This document shows positions 16,492-24,826 of a stretch of DNA of 51,061 nt, piece by piece. This DNA is from an uncultured Opitutaceae bacterium. GTDB lineage: Bacteria; Verrucomicrobiota; Verrucomicrobiia; Opitutales; Opitutaceae. The notes beneath the pieces were generated by a model. The model saw only the letters and a program-made list of their open reading frames with translations, had not been told where the DNA came from and made no database searches. The stretch's first letter is position 1; every line of letters starts with the position of its first letter. The stretch is from the NCBI GenBank assembly GCA_964583635.1, contig CAZOXB010000001.1, forward strand, positions 1 to 51,061, read 5' to 3'. The position numbers were made by a program, and so were the translations under genes.

Positions 16492-16875
16492 CTACACGAA
16501 CTGGGGAGGGGGCGTGGGAGGCGCCTTGCGCGGCGCATTTTCCCGTTGCATCAGCAACACCGGCCATTCCTGGCCGGCGGGAGTCGCCAGAACGAGCGAA
16601 GGAACCGGTTGGAAGATGAGGACCAACTTGGTCTTCACGCTGCCCCCGAGAGTCTGAGCTTCGTCATTCTGCTGCTTCGCCTCGCTGACCACTTCACACA
16701 CGCGGCACATGTTCTCCGCGTTGAAGGTCATGATCACGGCATCGAGCAGGGGCATGGACCGCGAATAGTTCGCAATCATGCGTCCCCAGCCGAAGGTTTG
16801 AACAACGTCCCATTGTGCGCCCGTGGCCAGAAACCACGCGGACAGCACGAACAAGAGCTGGAGACGTTTGAACAC
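16492..16875 (-). CDS. Hypothetical membrane/secreted mini-protein with a CxxC motif, last gene of the czc unit
   Basis: GTG start at 16875. MFKRLQLLFVLSAWFLATGAQW (hydrophobic N-terminus), then DVVQTFGWGRMIANYSRSM, ENMCRVCEVVSEAKQQ, and a Pro-rich tail PRKAPPTPPPQFV. I recognise no domain. Same strand, 150 nt after czcA. Confidence 0.5.
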   Translation of the reverse strand: MFKRLQLLFVLSAWFLATGAQWDVVQTFGWGRMIANYSRSMPLLDAVIMTFNAENMCRVCEVVSEAKQQNDEAQTLGGSVKTKLVLIFQPVPSLVLATPAGQEWPVLLMQRENAPRKAPPTPPPQFV

Positions 16876-17025
16876 GGCACGTGGGAAAACGAAAGATCAC
16901 CCTGGTGGCAATCCTTGTTTTACCGCGCCCTTCGTTTCCCGGTCCTTCGGCAGGCTCACTTGAATGCGGGTTCGTCGCAGGAGCAGGCGTACTCCCCCGG
17001 CGGGCATTCGTCGCACGCCGTGAGG

Positions 17026-20000
17026 CTAGTATGATGCCGAGGATTCGAGGAGGACCGAACGCTCGGCGGCACGGCGGCTGAAGTGGTAGAACAGCAGCGG
17101 GCGGACGAGGAATTCGAGCAGGGTGGAGGAGATCAATCCGCCGACGATGACGACGGCGACGGGATGGAGAATCTCCTTGCCGGGTACGTCCGCCGCAAAG
17201 AGCAAGGGAACCAGGGCGATGCCGGCGGCCAGTGCGGTCATCAGCACGGGTGACATGCGCTCCAGGGTGCCACGCTCGACCATGCTGCGCGTGAAGCCCT
17301 CGCCTTCCCGCCGCATGAGGTGCAGGTAATGCGAGATCATCATGATCCCGTTGCGCGCGGCGATGCCGGCGACGGCGATGAAGCCGACCAGCGTGGCGAT
17401 GCTGATATTGTCGAGCGTGAGCCAGGTGAAGACCAGCCCTCCCGCGAGCGAGAGCGGGATGGTCAGGATCACCTGCAGGGCGAGCCAGAGGCTGTGGAAG
17501 AAGTTTGCCAGCAGGACGACAATGACGATCAGGACGATCGCCGAGAGGAGAAGGATGCGCTGCGATGCCGCTTCCTGCGCCCGGAATTCACCCTCGTAGG
17601 TGAGATAGCAGCCCGGCGGCACCGTGAGCCGGGCTGCAATGGCCGATTGCAGCAGCCGGATATCCCCGGCGACGTCGCCCGAGGTGGGACGGATGGCCAC
17701 GGTGACCACCCGCTGGCCGTTCTCGCGGGTGACCAGATGGGGACCCTTGGCGTCGCGCACGTCGGCCACCAGCGACAGGGGAACGCGACGGCCGTCCTCG
17801 AGTTCGATCGGGAGATGTTCGATCCGGCTTCGATCCTCCCGCCAGGCGGCTGGTGCCCGCAGGACCAGGTCAATGCTGCGGGCGCCGTCGCGCAGAACGG
17901 CCAGGACCTTTCCACCCGTCCAGGTGCTGACCTGTTCATTGATCTCACCCGGAGTGGTGCCGTACACCACGGCGCGGTCACGATTTGTCTCGATGCGCAG
18001 TTGGGGCACGGTGGCGGACTGGTCGAGCTTGGCGTTGGCGAATCCGGGGATCTCCCGCGCCAGCGACTGCACCTCTCCGCCGAGTTGGCGCAGCGTTTCC
18101 AGATCCGGACCGAACACCTTGATCGCCACGGGCGCGGACACACCGCTCAGCATGTGACCGATCCGATCGGCCAGCGGGCCGCTGCTGGCCGCGAATATGC
18201 CGGGGACCGAACGCGCCCGCCGAAGCACTTCGTTGATTATCACATCGCGCTTGAGACTGGGATCACGGTCGAAATCGATGTCGAATTCCGCGGTGGAAAG
18301 GGGGACCACGTGATCGCCCCGTTCCGCCCTCCCGAGCCGGCGGCCAACCTGGTGGATCCCGCGTACGGAGAGGATCTGGCTTTCAACGGCGTCGGATAGC
18401 CGGTTCATCTCCTCGAGCGAGGTCCCGGGGGCGGCCGTGATGGCGAGGAGGGCGGTCTCCTCGCGGAACTTCGGAAGAAACTCCTTGTTCATGGTCGGAT
18501 ACAGCAGGAACGAGACGCCGACCGCGACACCGACAACGAGCAGGACCGCCGCCGGCCGCGTGAGTGCGGCCCGGAGAAACGTGGCGCGCAGGGCACGTTT
18601 CAACACGCTGACAAACCACGTGTCCGTGTGGGTCTTTCCAAGTTTGGGGTTGAGCAGCAGGGCACAGAGGACCGGGATGATCGTCAGCGATACCACGAAC
18701 GATGCCGCCATGCTCACAATCGTTGCGATGGCGATGGGCATGAAGAGCCTCCCCTCGAGGCCGCTCAGCCCGAGCAGCGGGGTGAATGCGAGGGCGATGA
18801 TCAGCGTCGCATAGAAGAGCGAATAGCGGACCTCGCCCGATGCCCATGCGATGACCTCGGGCACAGGCTGTGCGGACGGGCCCCCGGCATTTTCCCGCAG
18901 GCGGCGGAATACGTTTTCAACCCCCACGATGGCATCGTCCACGACCATGCCGATCGCCACGGCGAGTCCGCCCAGGGTCATGGAGTTCACGGTGATGCCG
19001 AACCATTGAAAGGTGATCAGGGTGACTGCGAAGCTGGTGGGAATCGCCATCAGCGTGATCACGGTGGTGCGGATGTTCAGGAGAAAGAGGAACAGCACGA
19101 TCGCGACCATGATGGCGCCGTCGCGTATCGCGTCGCCGAGATTGCCGATGGCTCGGTCGATGAAGGATTTTTGCTGGAACAGGAGCACCGTCTCGACGCC
19201 CGCCGGCAGCGAAGGCTTCAGGGCGGCAAGGGCGCTGGCGACGTCGCCGGTCAGGGCGCGCGTGTCGAAGCCCGGAGCCTTGGCAATGGTCATGATGACC
19301 CCGTAGGTGGGTTCCTTTTCCGGAGCGATTGAGATCGAGGCGTCGCCGCGCATCGGCTCGAGACCCCAGGTGACCGTGGCGACATCTGCCAGCGTGAGTG
19401 CGCGACCATCGCGGTTGCTGACCAGGGTGCGGCCGATCTCCGCGGGATCGATGCTGTGGGCGAGGGCGCGCACCATCACCTCCGCCGGGCCGGAGGTGAG
19501 GAAGCCGCCCGTGGAGGATCCACTCGCCCTGGAAACGGCACTTTCGAGCGCCGCCAGGGAGATCCCGTGGGCGGCGAGTTTTTCCGGATCCGGCAGGACC
19601 TCGAGGCGACGGACGCCACCGCCCATGTTCAACACCTCCGCGATCCCCGGGATGCTCTGCAACCGCTGCCGGATCGTCCAGTCGGCGAGCATGCGGACTT
19701 CGCTGGGGGACAAATGACCCTCGTGGCCCTTGGGAAGGGTAGATCTGACGCCGATCAGCAGGATTTCGCCCATCATTGAGGCTGCCGGTGCCATGAAGGG
19801 CTGTATCCCTTCGGGAAGCTGCTCCCTGACGGTCAGCAGACGTTCCTGGACCTGGGTGCGGGCCCGTTGCACGTCAACTCCCCATTCAAACTCGGCCTGC
19901 ACCAGGGACAGGGCGACTTCCGATGTCGATCTCAGGCGGGCCAGCGAGCCGACCCCCCGCAGGGCGTTCTCAATCGGCTGTGAGATGCGCGACTCGACCT

Positions 20001-20178
20001 CCTCGGGGGCGAGCCCGGGCGCTTCGGTCAGGATGACCACGGTTGGCTTGGTGAGGTCGGGCAGCACCTCCACCGGGAGACGCAGGCCAAAATGGACGCC
20101 GAACGCCAGCGCCAGCGCGGAGAGTCCGAGGACGAGGCCGCGGTTTGAAAGCGACCATTGGATGAGTCGGGTGAGCAT
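17026..20178 (-). CDS. czcA: Heavy-metal efflux RND pump, CzcA/CusA family
   Basis: About 1050 aa with a 12-TM RND architecture. Starts MLTRLIQWSLSNRGLVLGLSALALAFG. Typical HME-RND blocks are present (AIGMVVDDAIVGVENVFRRL, VGFIAVAGIAARNGIMMISH). Start moved to ATG 20178, 1 nt after the czcB stop. Confidence 0.95.
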   Translation of the reverse strand: MLTRLIQWSLSNRGLVLGLSALALAFGVHFGLRLPVEVLPDLTKPTVVILTEAPGLAPEEVESRISQPIENALRGVGSLARLRSTSEVALSLVQAEFEWGVDVQRARTQVQERLLTVREQLPEGIQPFMAPAASMMGEILLIGVRSTLPKGHEGHLSPSEVRMLADWTIRQRLQSIPGIAEVLNMGGGVRRLEVLPDPEKLAAHGISLAALESAVSRASGSSTGGFLTSGPAEVMVRALAHSIDPAEIGRTLVSNRDGRALTLADVATVTWGLEPMRGDASISIAPEKEPTYGVIMTIAKAPGFDTRALTGDVASALAALKPSLPAGVETVLLFQQKSFIDRAIGNLGDAIRDGAIMVAIVLFLFLLNIRTTVITLMAIPTSFAVTLITFQWFGITVNSMTLGGLAVAIGMVVDDAIVGVENVFRRLRENAGGPSAQPVPEVIAWASGEVRYSLFYATLIIALAFTPLLGLSGLEGRLFMPIAIATIVSMAASFVVSLTIIPVLCALLLNPKLGKTHTDTWFVSVLKRALRATFLRAALTRPAAVLLVVGVAVGVSFLLYPTMNKEFLPKFREETALLAITAAPGTSLEEMNRLSDAVESQILSVRGIHQVGRRLGRAERGDHVVPLSTAEFDIDFDRDPSLKRDVIINEVLRRARSVPGIFAASSGPLADRIGHMLSGVSAPVAIKVFGPDLETLRQLGGEVQSLAREIPGFANAKLDQSATVPQLRIETNRDRAVVYGTTPGEINEQVSTWTGGKVLAVLRDGARSIDLVLRAPAAWREDRSRIEHLPIELEDGRRVPLSLVADVRDAKGPHLVTRENGQRVVTVAIRPTSGDVAGDIRLLQSAIAARLTVPPGCYLTYEGEFRAQEAASQRILLLSAIVLIVIVVLLANFFHSLWLALQVILTIPLSLAGGLVFTWLTLDNISIATLVGFIAVAGIAARNGIMMISHYLHLMRREGEGFTRSMVERGTLERMSPVLMTALAAGIALVPLLFAADVPGKEILHPVAVVIVGGLISSTLLEFLVRPLLFYHFSRRAAERSVLLESSASY

Positions 20179-20179
20179 G

Positions 20180-21418
20180 TCAGGAGTGCGGCCCGGGATG
20201 ATTTTCGCTGACGCCTGCACGGTTCCCTCCGTTCAGGTCGTCACGCCTGCCGCCCCGGAAGCTGAGCACCGCGACCAGCGAGAGGAAGAGCACGCCGCTC
20301 ACCAGCATCCAGACGTGTTCCCGCATCCACTCCAGCGCGGTTTCATCGTGATCGTGGCCATCGGCATGATCGTGCCCGTGTTCGTGATCGTGATCGTGGG
20401 AGTCTTCCCTTGTTCCTCCCGCCACGGCCTGGGCGCCTCCGCCTCCGTTGAGTTCGGAGCCGTCCGCCGCGTGCTCGTGCCCATGCGCGGCATCGAGCGC
20501 GTCCTTGAGCGAGAGCGTGCCGCTGCCGGCGAACATCAGGGCATATCCGCCCTGCACGACCACATCGTCGGCGGGACGCAGACCGCTGATGATCTCCACG
20601 AAACGGTCGTTGGTCTCACCCGTCACGACGCTGGTCTTGATGAAGGCGTTGGCCAGCTTGATGTCCCGGACAAAGACGAAGCGGCTGGCAGCATCGCCCT
20701 GCAGTGCGCTGCGGGGGATGGAGAGGACGTCCCTGCGTTGCGAGGTGATGATGGCGAACTCTGCGCGAAGGCCGGGACGGAGCCGCCGGTCGGGATTCGG
20801 CAGGATGAAATGGGCGTCGAGGACACCCGCGCCGGCATCGGCAATCGCCGAAAACCGCGCGAGCCGTCCCTCCATCGTCAGGCCGCGGTGCGAAGGAAAG
20901 GTGATGCGGGCGTGCGCTTGGGGTGGAATGCGTCCGACGGCATGCTCGGGAATGCGCGCGACGGCCACGACCTCGTCGAGATTGACGATTTCGAGCAGCG
21001 CCCGTTCGGGTTCGACCGGATCCCCCAGGTGCACCTGCGAGGCGACGATTTCCCCGCTGATCGGCGATGTCAGATTGATGACCGGCGGCGGACTGCCCGG
21101 CTGCCGGCTTTCGACGCGGAGCACCCCATCGCCGGCCTTGACGGAGTCTCCGGGAAGGACGGCGAGCGCAGCCACCCGTCCGGGAATGGGACTGGAGACC
21201 GAGGCGACGTTGCCCGGTCTGACTTCGATGCGGCCCAGGGCGAACACCGTGGTCTCGAAGTCGGTGGTCTCCGCCTTCGCGGTTTGAATGCGAAGGTTCT
21301 TCACGCCCGCCTCATCGAGGATGACGGGGGCGGGCGGCGGGTTCGTTTCAGGTTTCGAAGCGCCGGGTAGGGGAGCTGCGGATACCAACGAGAGGAGGAT
21401 CAACGGCAATCGGTTCAT
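20180..21418 (-). CDS. czcB: RND efflux periplasmic adaptor (CzcB/CusB-like) with a C-terminal His/Asp-rich tract and a predicted TM helix
   Basis: Signal MNRLPLILLSLVSAAPLPGA. Lipoyl/barrel-sandwich motifs (ISSPIPGRVAALAVLPGDSVKAGD, LTSPISGEIV). C-terminal AHGHEH...DSHDHDHEHGHDHADGHDHDE followed by WMLVSGVLFLSLVAVLSF. Start ATG 21418 overlaps the czcC stop (ATGA). Confidence 0.85.
   Translation of the reverse strand: MNRLPLILLSLVSAAPLPGASKPETNPPPAPVILDEAGVKNLRIQTAKAETTDFETTVFALGRIEVRPGNVASVSSPIPGRVAALAVLPGDSVKAGDGVLRVESRQPGSPPPVINLTSPISGEIVASQVHLGDPVEPERALLEIVNLDEVVAVARIPEHAVGRIPPQAHARITFPSHRGLTMEGRLARFSAIADAGAGVLDAHFILPNPDRRLRPGLRAEFAIITSQRRDVLSIPRSALQGDAASRFVFVRDIKLANAFIKTSVVTGETNDRFVEIISGLRPADDVVVQGGYALMFAGSGTLSLKDALDAAHGHEHAADGSELNGGGGAQAVAGGTREDSHDHDHEHGHDHADGHDHDETALEWMREHVWMLVSGVLFLSLVAVLSFRGGRRDDLNGGNRAGVSENHPGPHS
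20344..20400 (-). repeat. Imperfect GTGATC-type hexamer repeat inside czcB, encoding the His-Asp run
   Basis: GATCGTG occurs at 20350, 20368, 20386 and 20392 on the plus strand. Translates on the minus strand to SHDHDHEHGHDHADGHDHDE. Confidence 0.7.
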
Positions 21419-22713
21419 GGCTGGACGAAGAGTCGGGTGGTGGCTGAAAACGAGGGATCGGTGAGCGCCTCGACCCGAACGAGTGCCTTGGCGCAGGCGG
21501 CTTCGCGGGCGGCGAGATCGCCGCGGATGGCGGCAAGGTTGCGTTGGGCATCGAATACCTCCAGCAGGGGAATCTGCCCCTGCCGGTAACCCTGGCGGAC
21601 GAGTTCCAGGGCTTCGACGGCCGCGGGCAGGGCCTCGCGGCGCAGCACGCGGGCGAGGCGATGGGAGGAGACCAGTTCGCGCCAGGCCGAGTCCAGGGAA
21701 ACACGCAGCGTCTGTTCGGACGCCTCCACCGCCCTCTCTGCTCCGGCGAGGGACTCCCTCGCCGCGCGGATGGCGCCTTGATTGCGATGACGCGAGGGGA
21801 GGGGAAGCGAGACTCCGGCGACGATCGCGGCATCCGATCCCTCGCGCAGGAACCGCACGCCGCCGGCGACTGTGATGTCCCCCGCCGCCTGCGCCTGCTC
21901 GAGCTTCAACTGGGAGCGGCGCTGCTCGATCCGGGCCTGTTGATGCGCGAGCTGCGGGTGCCGGGCAAGGCGCGCCGAGAAGGTCTCGAGCGGCGGCAGT
22001 TCGTCGGGGAGGCGGATTTCCGGAGCGGACCCGGCTGCCTCGTCCGGGCTGGCGGCCCACAAGGCGGCGAGTGTGGCGCGCGTGGTGGCGAGTTCCGATT
22101 CCGCGATGGCGTAGTCGGCCTGGGCAACGGCGAGTTGGGCGCGGCTGCGTGCGAGCTCGGCATCCGACGAAAATCCGGATTTCACCCGTGCCCCGACGGC
22201 ATCGACCGTTTCGCGGGCCAGACGGAGCGGTTCGGCGGCGATTCCGGCCCGCGCGGTGGCGGCCACCAGATCGACATAGGCGTTGGCGGTGGCAATCTGG
22301 ACCTCGGTCAGCGCGAGCGCCTGTTCGGAGGCGATGATTGCCTGCTCGCGCGAGGCCACCTCGACCCGGCGCAGGCGTTTGTCCCCGCGTTCGAAGGTCT
22401 GGCTCGCCTGGACGGTTGCCTCCAGGGAATCGAGTCCCCGTGTCGCTCCAGTCCCCAGTACGTTTTCGAGCGTCAGTTCGAGGGTGGGGATGGGTCGCGT
22501 GCCTGCCTGCTCAACCAAGGCGGACGCGGCACGTTGCTCGAACGGGAACGCGACGAGGGAGGGGTGGGACGCTGCCACCCGCGCCAGAACCTGCGGCAGG
22601 CTGGGCAATGGCGATGACTGGACAGCAGTCTGCGCCTCTACCGCGGCCGCGGCCGTGACGACAAAGAGGGAGAGACAATACCTTATAAAAGAATCACGTG
22701 AGGAGACACACAT
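21415..22713 (-). CDS. czcC: Outer-membrane efflux protein, CzcC/TolC family
   Basis: About 430 aa of Ala/Leu/Arg-rich coiled-coil repeats typical of OEP proteins, with a signal-like N-terminus (IRYCLSLFVVTAAAAVEAQ). Sits first in the CBA order. Start taken at ATG 22713; uncertain. Confidence 0.8.
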   Translation of the reverse strand: MCVSSRDSFIRYCLSLFVVTAAAAVEAQTAVQSSPLPSLPQVLARVAASHPSLVAFPFEQRAASALVEQAGTRPIPTLELTLENVLGTGATRGLDSLEATVQASQTFERGDKRLRRVEVASREQAIIASEQALALTEVQIATANAYVDLVAATARAGIAAEPLRLARETVDAVGARVKSGFSSDAELARSRAQLAVAQADYAIAESELATTRATLAALWAASPDEAAGSAPEIRLPDELPPLETFSARLARHPQLAHQQARIEQRRSQLKLEQAQAAGDITVAGGVRFLREGSDAAIVAGVSLPLPSRHRNQGAIRAARESLAGAERAVEASEQTLRVSLDSAWRELVSSHRLARVLRREALPAAVEALELVRQGYRQGQIPLLEVFDAQRNLAAIRGDLAAREAACAKALVRVEALTDPSFSATTRLFVQP

Positions 22714-22826
22714 ACACAGAGCACGAGGTTGGACGATCGTGGGTGCACGCGCACGAGGACGTGGACGTGCCAAATGCGGCCGTTATGGGCCGCGGGGGAC
22801 AACGGTGCCGTTCGCGCAGGAACGGA

Positions 22827-23216
22827 TCAGATCGCCGCGTCAGGAGCCCGCGCCGGCAAGGCGGCGCGGCGTGCAAACGGCCACGTGCATGTCAGCAGCC
22901 GGATCTCGGGAGGACCGCCGTTGCGGAGGAACTCCGAACCGGGAATCAAACGGGAGAGAGGGGGGATCTCCGCAAGAGCATAAAGGACGACTGCCGGCGG
23001 AGGTGGCAGCGTCAGTGAGGCGAAAAGCTTGCTGTAGGCCGCGCCTTCGGCGGCAGCGCAGGCGTCGTTCTGGCAATCATGGGAGCAGGCTGCGTCGGTG
23101 TGAGTCGCGTGGTCCCCGAGGTGCAGAATCCCCGCGGCTTCAAGGTCGCAATGCTGCGTGGCCGGCAACCAGAGTGCCAGCAGCAGAACAGCCGAGAATT
23201 TGATCAGGAGTTTCAA
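22827..23216 (-). CDS. Hypothetical secreted Cys/His-rich mini-protein upstream of czcC
   Basis: Hydrophobic leader KLLIKFSAVLLLALWLPA, then TQHCDLEAAGILHLGDHATHTDAACSHDCQNDAC (4 Cys and 5 His in 34 residues). Start is ambiguous. TTG 23216 is preferred because codon-position-3 G/C is weak upstream of it. Alternatively GTG 23285 overlaps the preceding gene stop as GTGA. Confidence 0.5.
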   Translation of the reverse strand: MKLLIKFSAVLLLALWLPATQHCDLEAAGILHLGDHATHTDAACSHDCQNDACAAAEGAAYSKLFASLTLPPPPAVVLYALAEIPPLSRLIPGSEFLRNGGPPEIRLLTCTWPFARRAALPARAPDAAI

Positions 23217-23281
23217 CGCAGAGAGAGGGAGACCCTGGCAGCCAAGGTGTTTTTCCGCGCATGTCGAGCAAATGCCTCCGA

Positions 23282-24253
23282 TCACGTCGCCATGAGCTGA
23301 TCGCGGCAGTACTGGATCGCCTTGGCGATTTCCTTCATTCGATCGGATCCTTCAGGCACTTTATATTCAAATTCGATGGTGGCTTGCATCTCCCAGTGGT
23401 TGTCGCGGATCAGTCGCAGGACATCCCCGATGGGCGTGTCGCCCTTGCCAAACTCGGTGTTCGGCCCCTCGCGGTATTTGCGGTCCTTCACGTGCACGTG
23501 AGTGATGCGATCATGGTGACGCTTGATGAAAGGCACGGGCGACAGGTTGTTTCCGGCCACGAAATGTCCCAGGTCGACGTTGGCGGCGTTGTACTTTGCC
23601 AGCGTGAATGCGTGTTCCCAGATGCTCGCCGTGGTGGAGGTATGGCCGTGGTAGGCAACCCAGAACCGGTGTTTGTCGGCGAATGCACCCACCCGCTTCA
23701 ACTCGTCCTCGACAAAGGAGATTTCCGAGGAGATCGCACGTGCGCCGACCGCCTTGGCCAAGGCGAATTGGTAGTCGAGTTCGTCATCCGAGAGCTTGAA
23801 GATGTTGTCGACCTTGAGGATTTCGATGAGGACGCCCGCGCTTTCGTACATCCGGCGGAACTCCTTTGCGAGGGAGAGCGGCGCCGAACTGCGCCAGGCC
23901 CGGATGGCCGCCTTCCTCGCCTCGGCCTCGGCGGGTGCCACCTTCACGCCCCTGACCGGAGCCAGGACCAGCTCGGGTGCGGCGCCCATGTAGGTCTCGA
24001 CGGGCTGGGCGCGCAGCTCGACCGCGCTCAGGTTGAGGGCGACACAATTGGCGAGCACGTCGGCTCCCGACATGGCGGGATCGCCGAAACTGTAGGGAAC
24101 ATTGATGCCGATCTGCACACCCCTGACCTTGGAGTCGGGTTTGCGCCGGGCCGGCGCCGCGGCGTTCAAGGAGGCGAGGGAAGGCAGGATCGCGGCCGCG
24201 GGAAGGGCGGTGAGGGCGAACCTGGCGAAATCACGACGAGTGTAGCAGGGCAT
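23282..24253 (-). CDS. Tat-exported sugar phosphate isomerase/epimerase-like (xylose isomerase-like TIM barrel) protein
   Basis: Twin-arginine leader MPCYTRRDFARFALTALPAAAILPSLA. AP-endonuclease-2/xylose-isomerase-like TIM barrel pattern (HGHTSTT..., HVHVKD, EFEY). Start moved to ATG 24253. Confidence 0.8.
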   Translation of the reverse strand: MPCYTRRDFARFALTALPAAAILPSLASLNAAAPARRKPDSKVRGVQIGINVPYSFGDPAMSGADVLANCVALNLSAVELRAQPVETYMGAAPELVLAPVRGVKVAPAEAEARKAAIRAWRSSAPLSLAKEFRRMYESAGVLIEILKVDNIFKLSDDELDYQFALAKAVGARAISSEISFVEDELKRVGAFADKHRFWVAYHGHTSTTASIWEHAFTLAKYNAANVDLGHFVAGNNLSPVPFIKRHHDRITHVHVKDRKYREGPNTEFGKGDTPIGDVLRLIRDNHWEMQATIEFEYKVPEGSDRMKEIAKAIQYCRDQLMAT

Positions 24254-24361
24254 GGCGGTGGTAACGGGTGTTGGGTTGAAAGTGATGCTGCGGTGCCGGC
24301 GCGGACCGTGCAACCCGGGCTTGCCGGACGCCGCGCACTCCATTCGAGTGAATCAACCACC

Positions 24362-24766
24362 ATGAAGCCAGACTTCGATGCCGCTCTGGAAGCACATTTT
24401 GCGGCGATAACGAACCGGGATCTTGCCGCATTCAAATCGCATCTGACGCTCGGAGGCACGCTGTACACCGTTGTCCAGAACGGCCACGCCTTCACGACAC
24501 CGGCCGAAACCATTGCCCTGCACGAACAGTGGTTCAAGGACCCGGCGTGGACTTGGAATGGGTCGGTCGTGCACAAGGTGGTCGGGGAGGACATGGCGAT
24601 GGCGCTGGTGCGTTATGCCTATCGGCCGCGTGACGATGCCGCGCCGTTCGAGACCTGGCTCGTTTATGTCTTTCAGCTTCAAGGCGGCGCCTGGAGAATT
24701 GTCCATGACCAGAACACCGCGCTCGATTTTCATGCGTTTGCCCGAGCGGCGGGACTGGAAAAATAG
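24362..24766 (+). CDS. NTF2-like / SnoaL (DUF4440-like) small protein
   Basis: 134 aa: MKPDFDAALEAHFAAITNRDLAAFKSHL...WLVYVFQLQGGAWRIVHDQNT. Only the last 134 codons of track ORF 23261..24766 are used; the remainder is antisense to the TIM-barrel gene. Confidence 0.6.
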   Translation: MKPDFDAALEAHFAAITNRDLAAFKSHLTLGGTLYTVVQNGHAFTTPAETIALHEQWFKDPAWTWNGSVVHKVVGEDMAMALVRYAYRPRDDAAPFETWLVYVFQLQGGAWRIVHDQNTALDFHAFARAAGLEK

Positions 24767-24826
24767 GGGATCGGGTTGCGGAAGGCGGTTCGCGAGCAGG
24801 TCCGCGGACGCTCCGCGCCAAACGGC

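Noticed and set aside
16876-17025. 36-codon ORF MPAGGVRLLLRRTRIQVSLPKDRETKGAVKQGLPPG in the czcA downstream spacer
   Set aside because: Position-3 G/C is lower (about 22 of 36 by hand count) than in the alternative Cys-rich frame. It has no motifs and is probably spurious.
17320-21370. Plus-strand ORFs of 359 and 546 aa (17320-18399, 19730-21370), plus several shorter ones
   Set aside because: They are antisense to czcA and czcB. They are shadow ORFs.
21419-22060. Upstream extension of the czcB ORF to 626 aa
   Set aside because: The extension overlaps czcC in another frame and is Arg/Pro-rich. A proper signal peptide begins at the ATG that overlaps the czcC stop.
23261-24361. N-terminal 367 codons of track ORF 23261..24766
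   Set aside because: This part is antisense to the Tat-TIM-barrel gene. Only the last 134 codons (from ATG 24362) look like a real NTF2-like protein.
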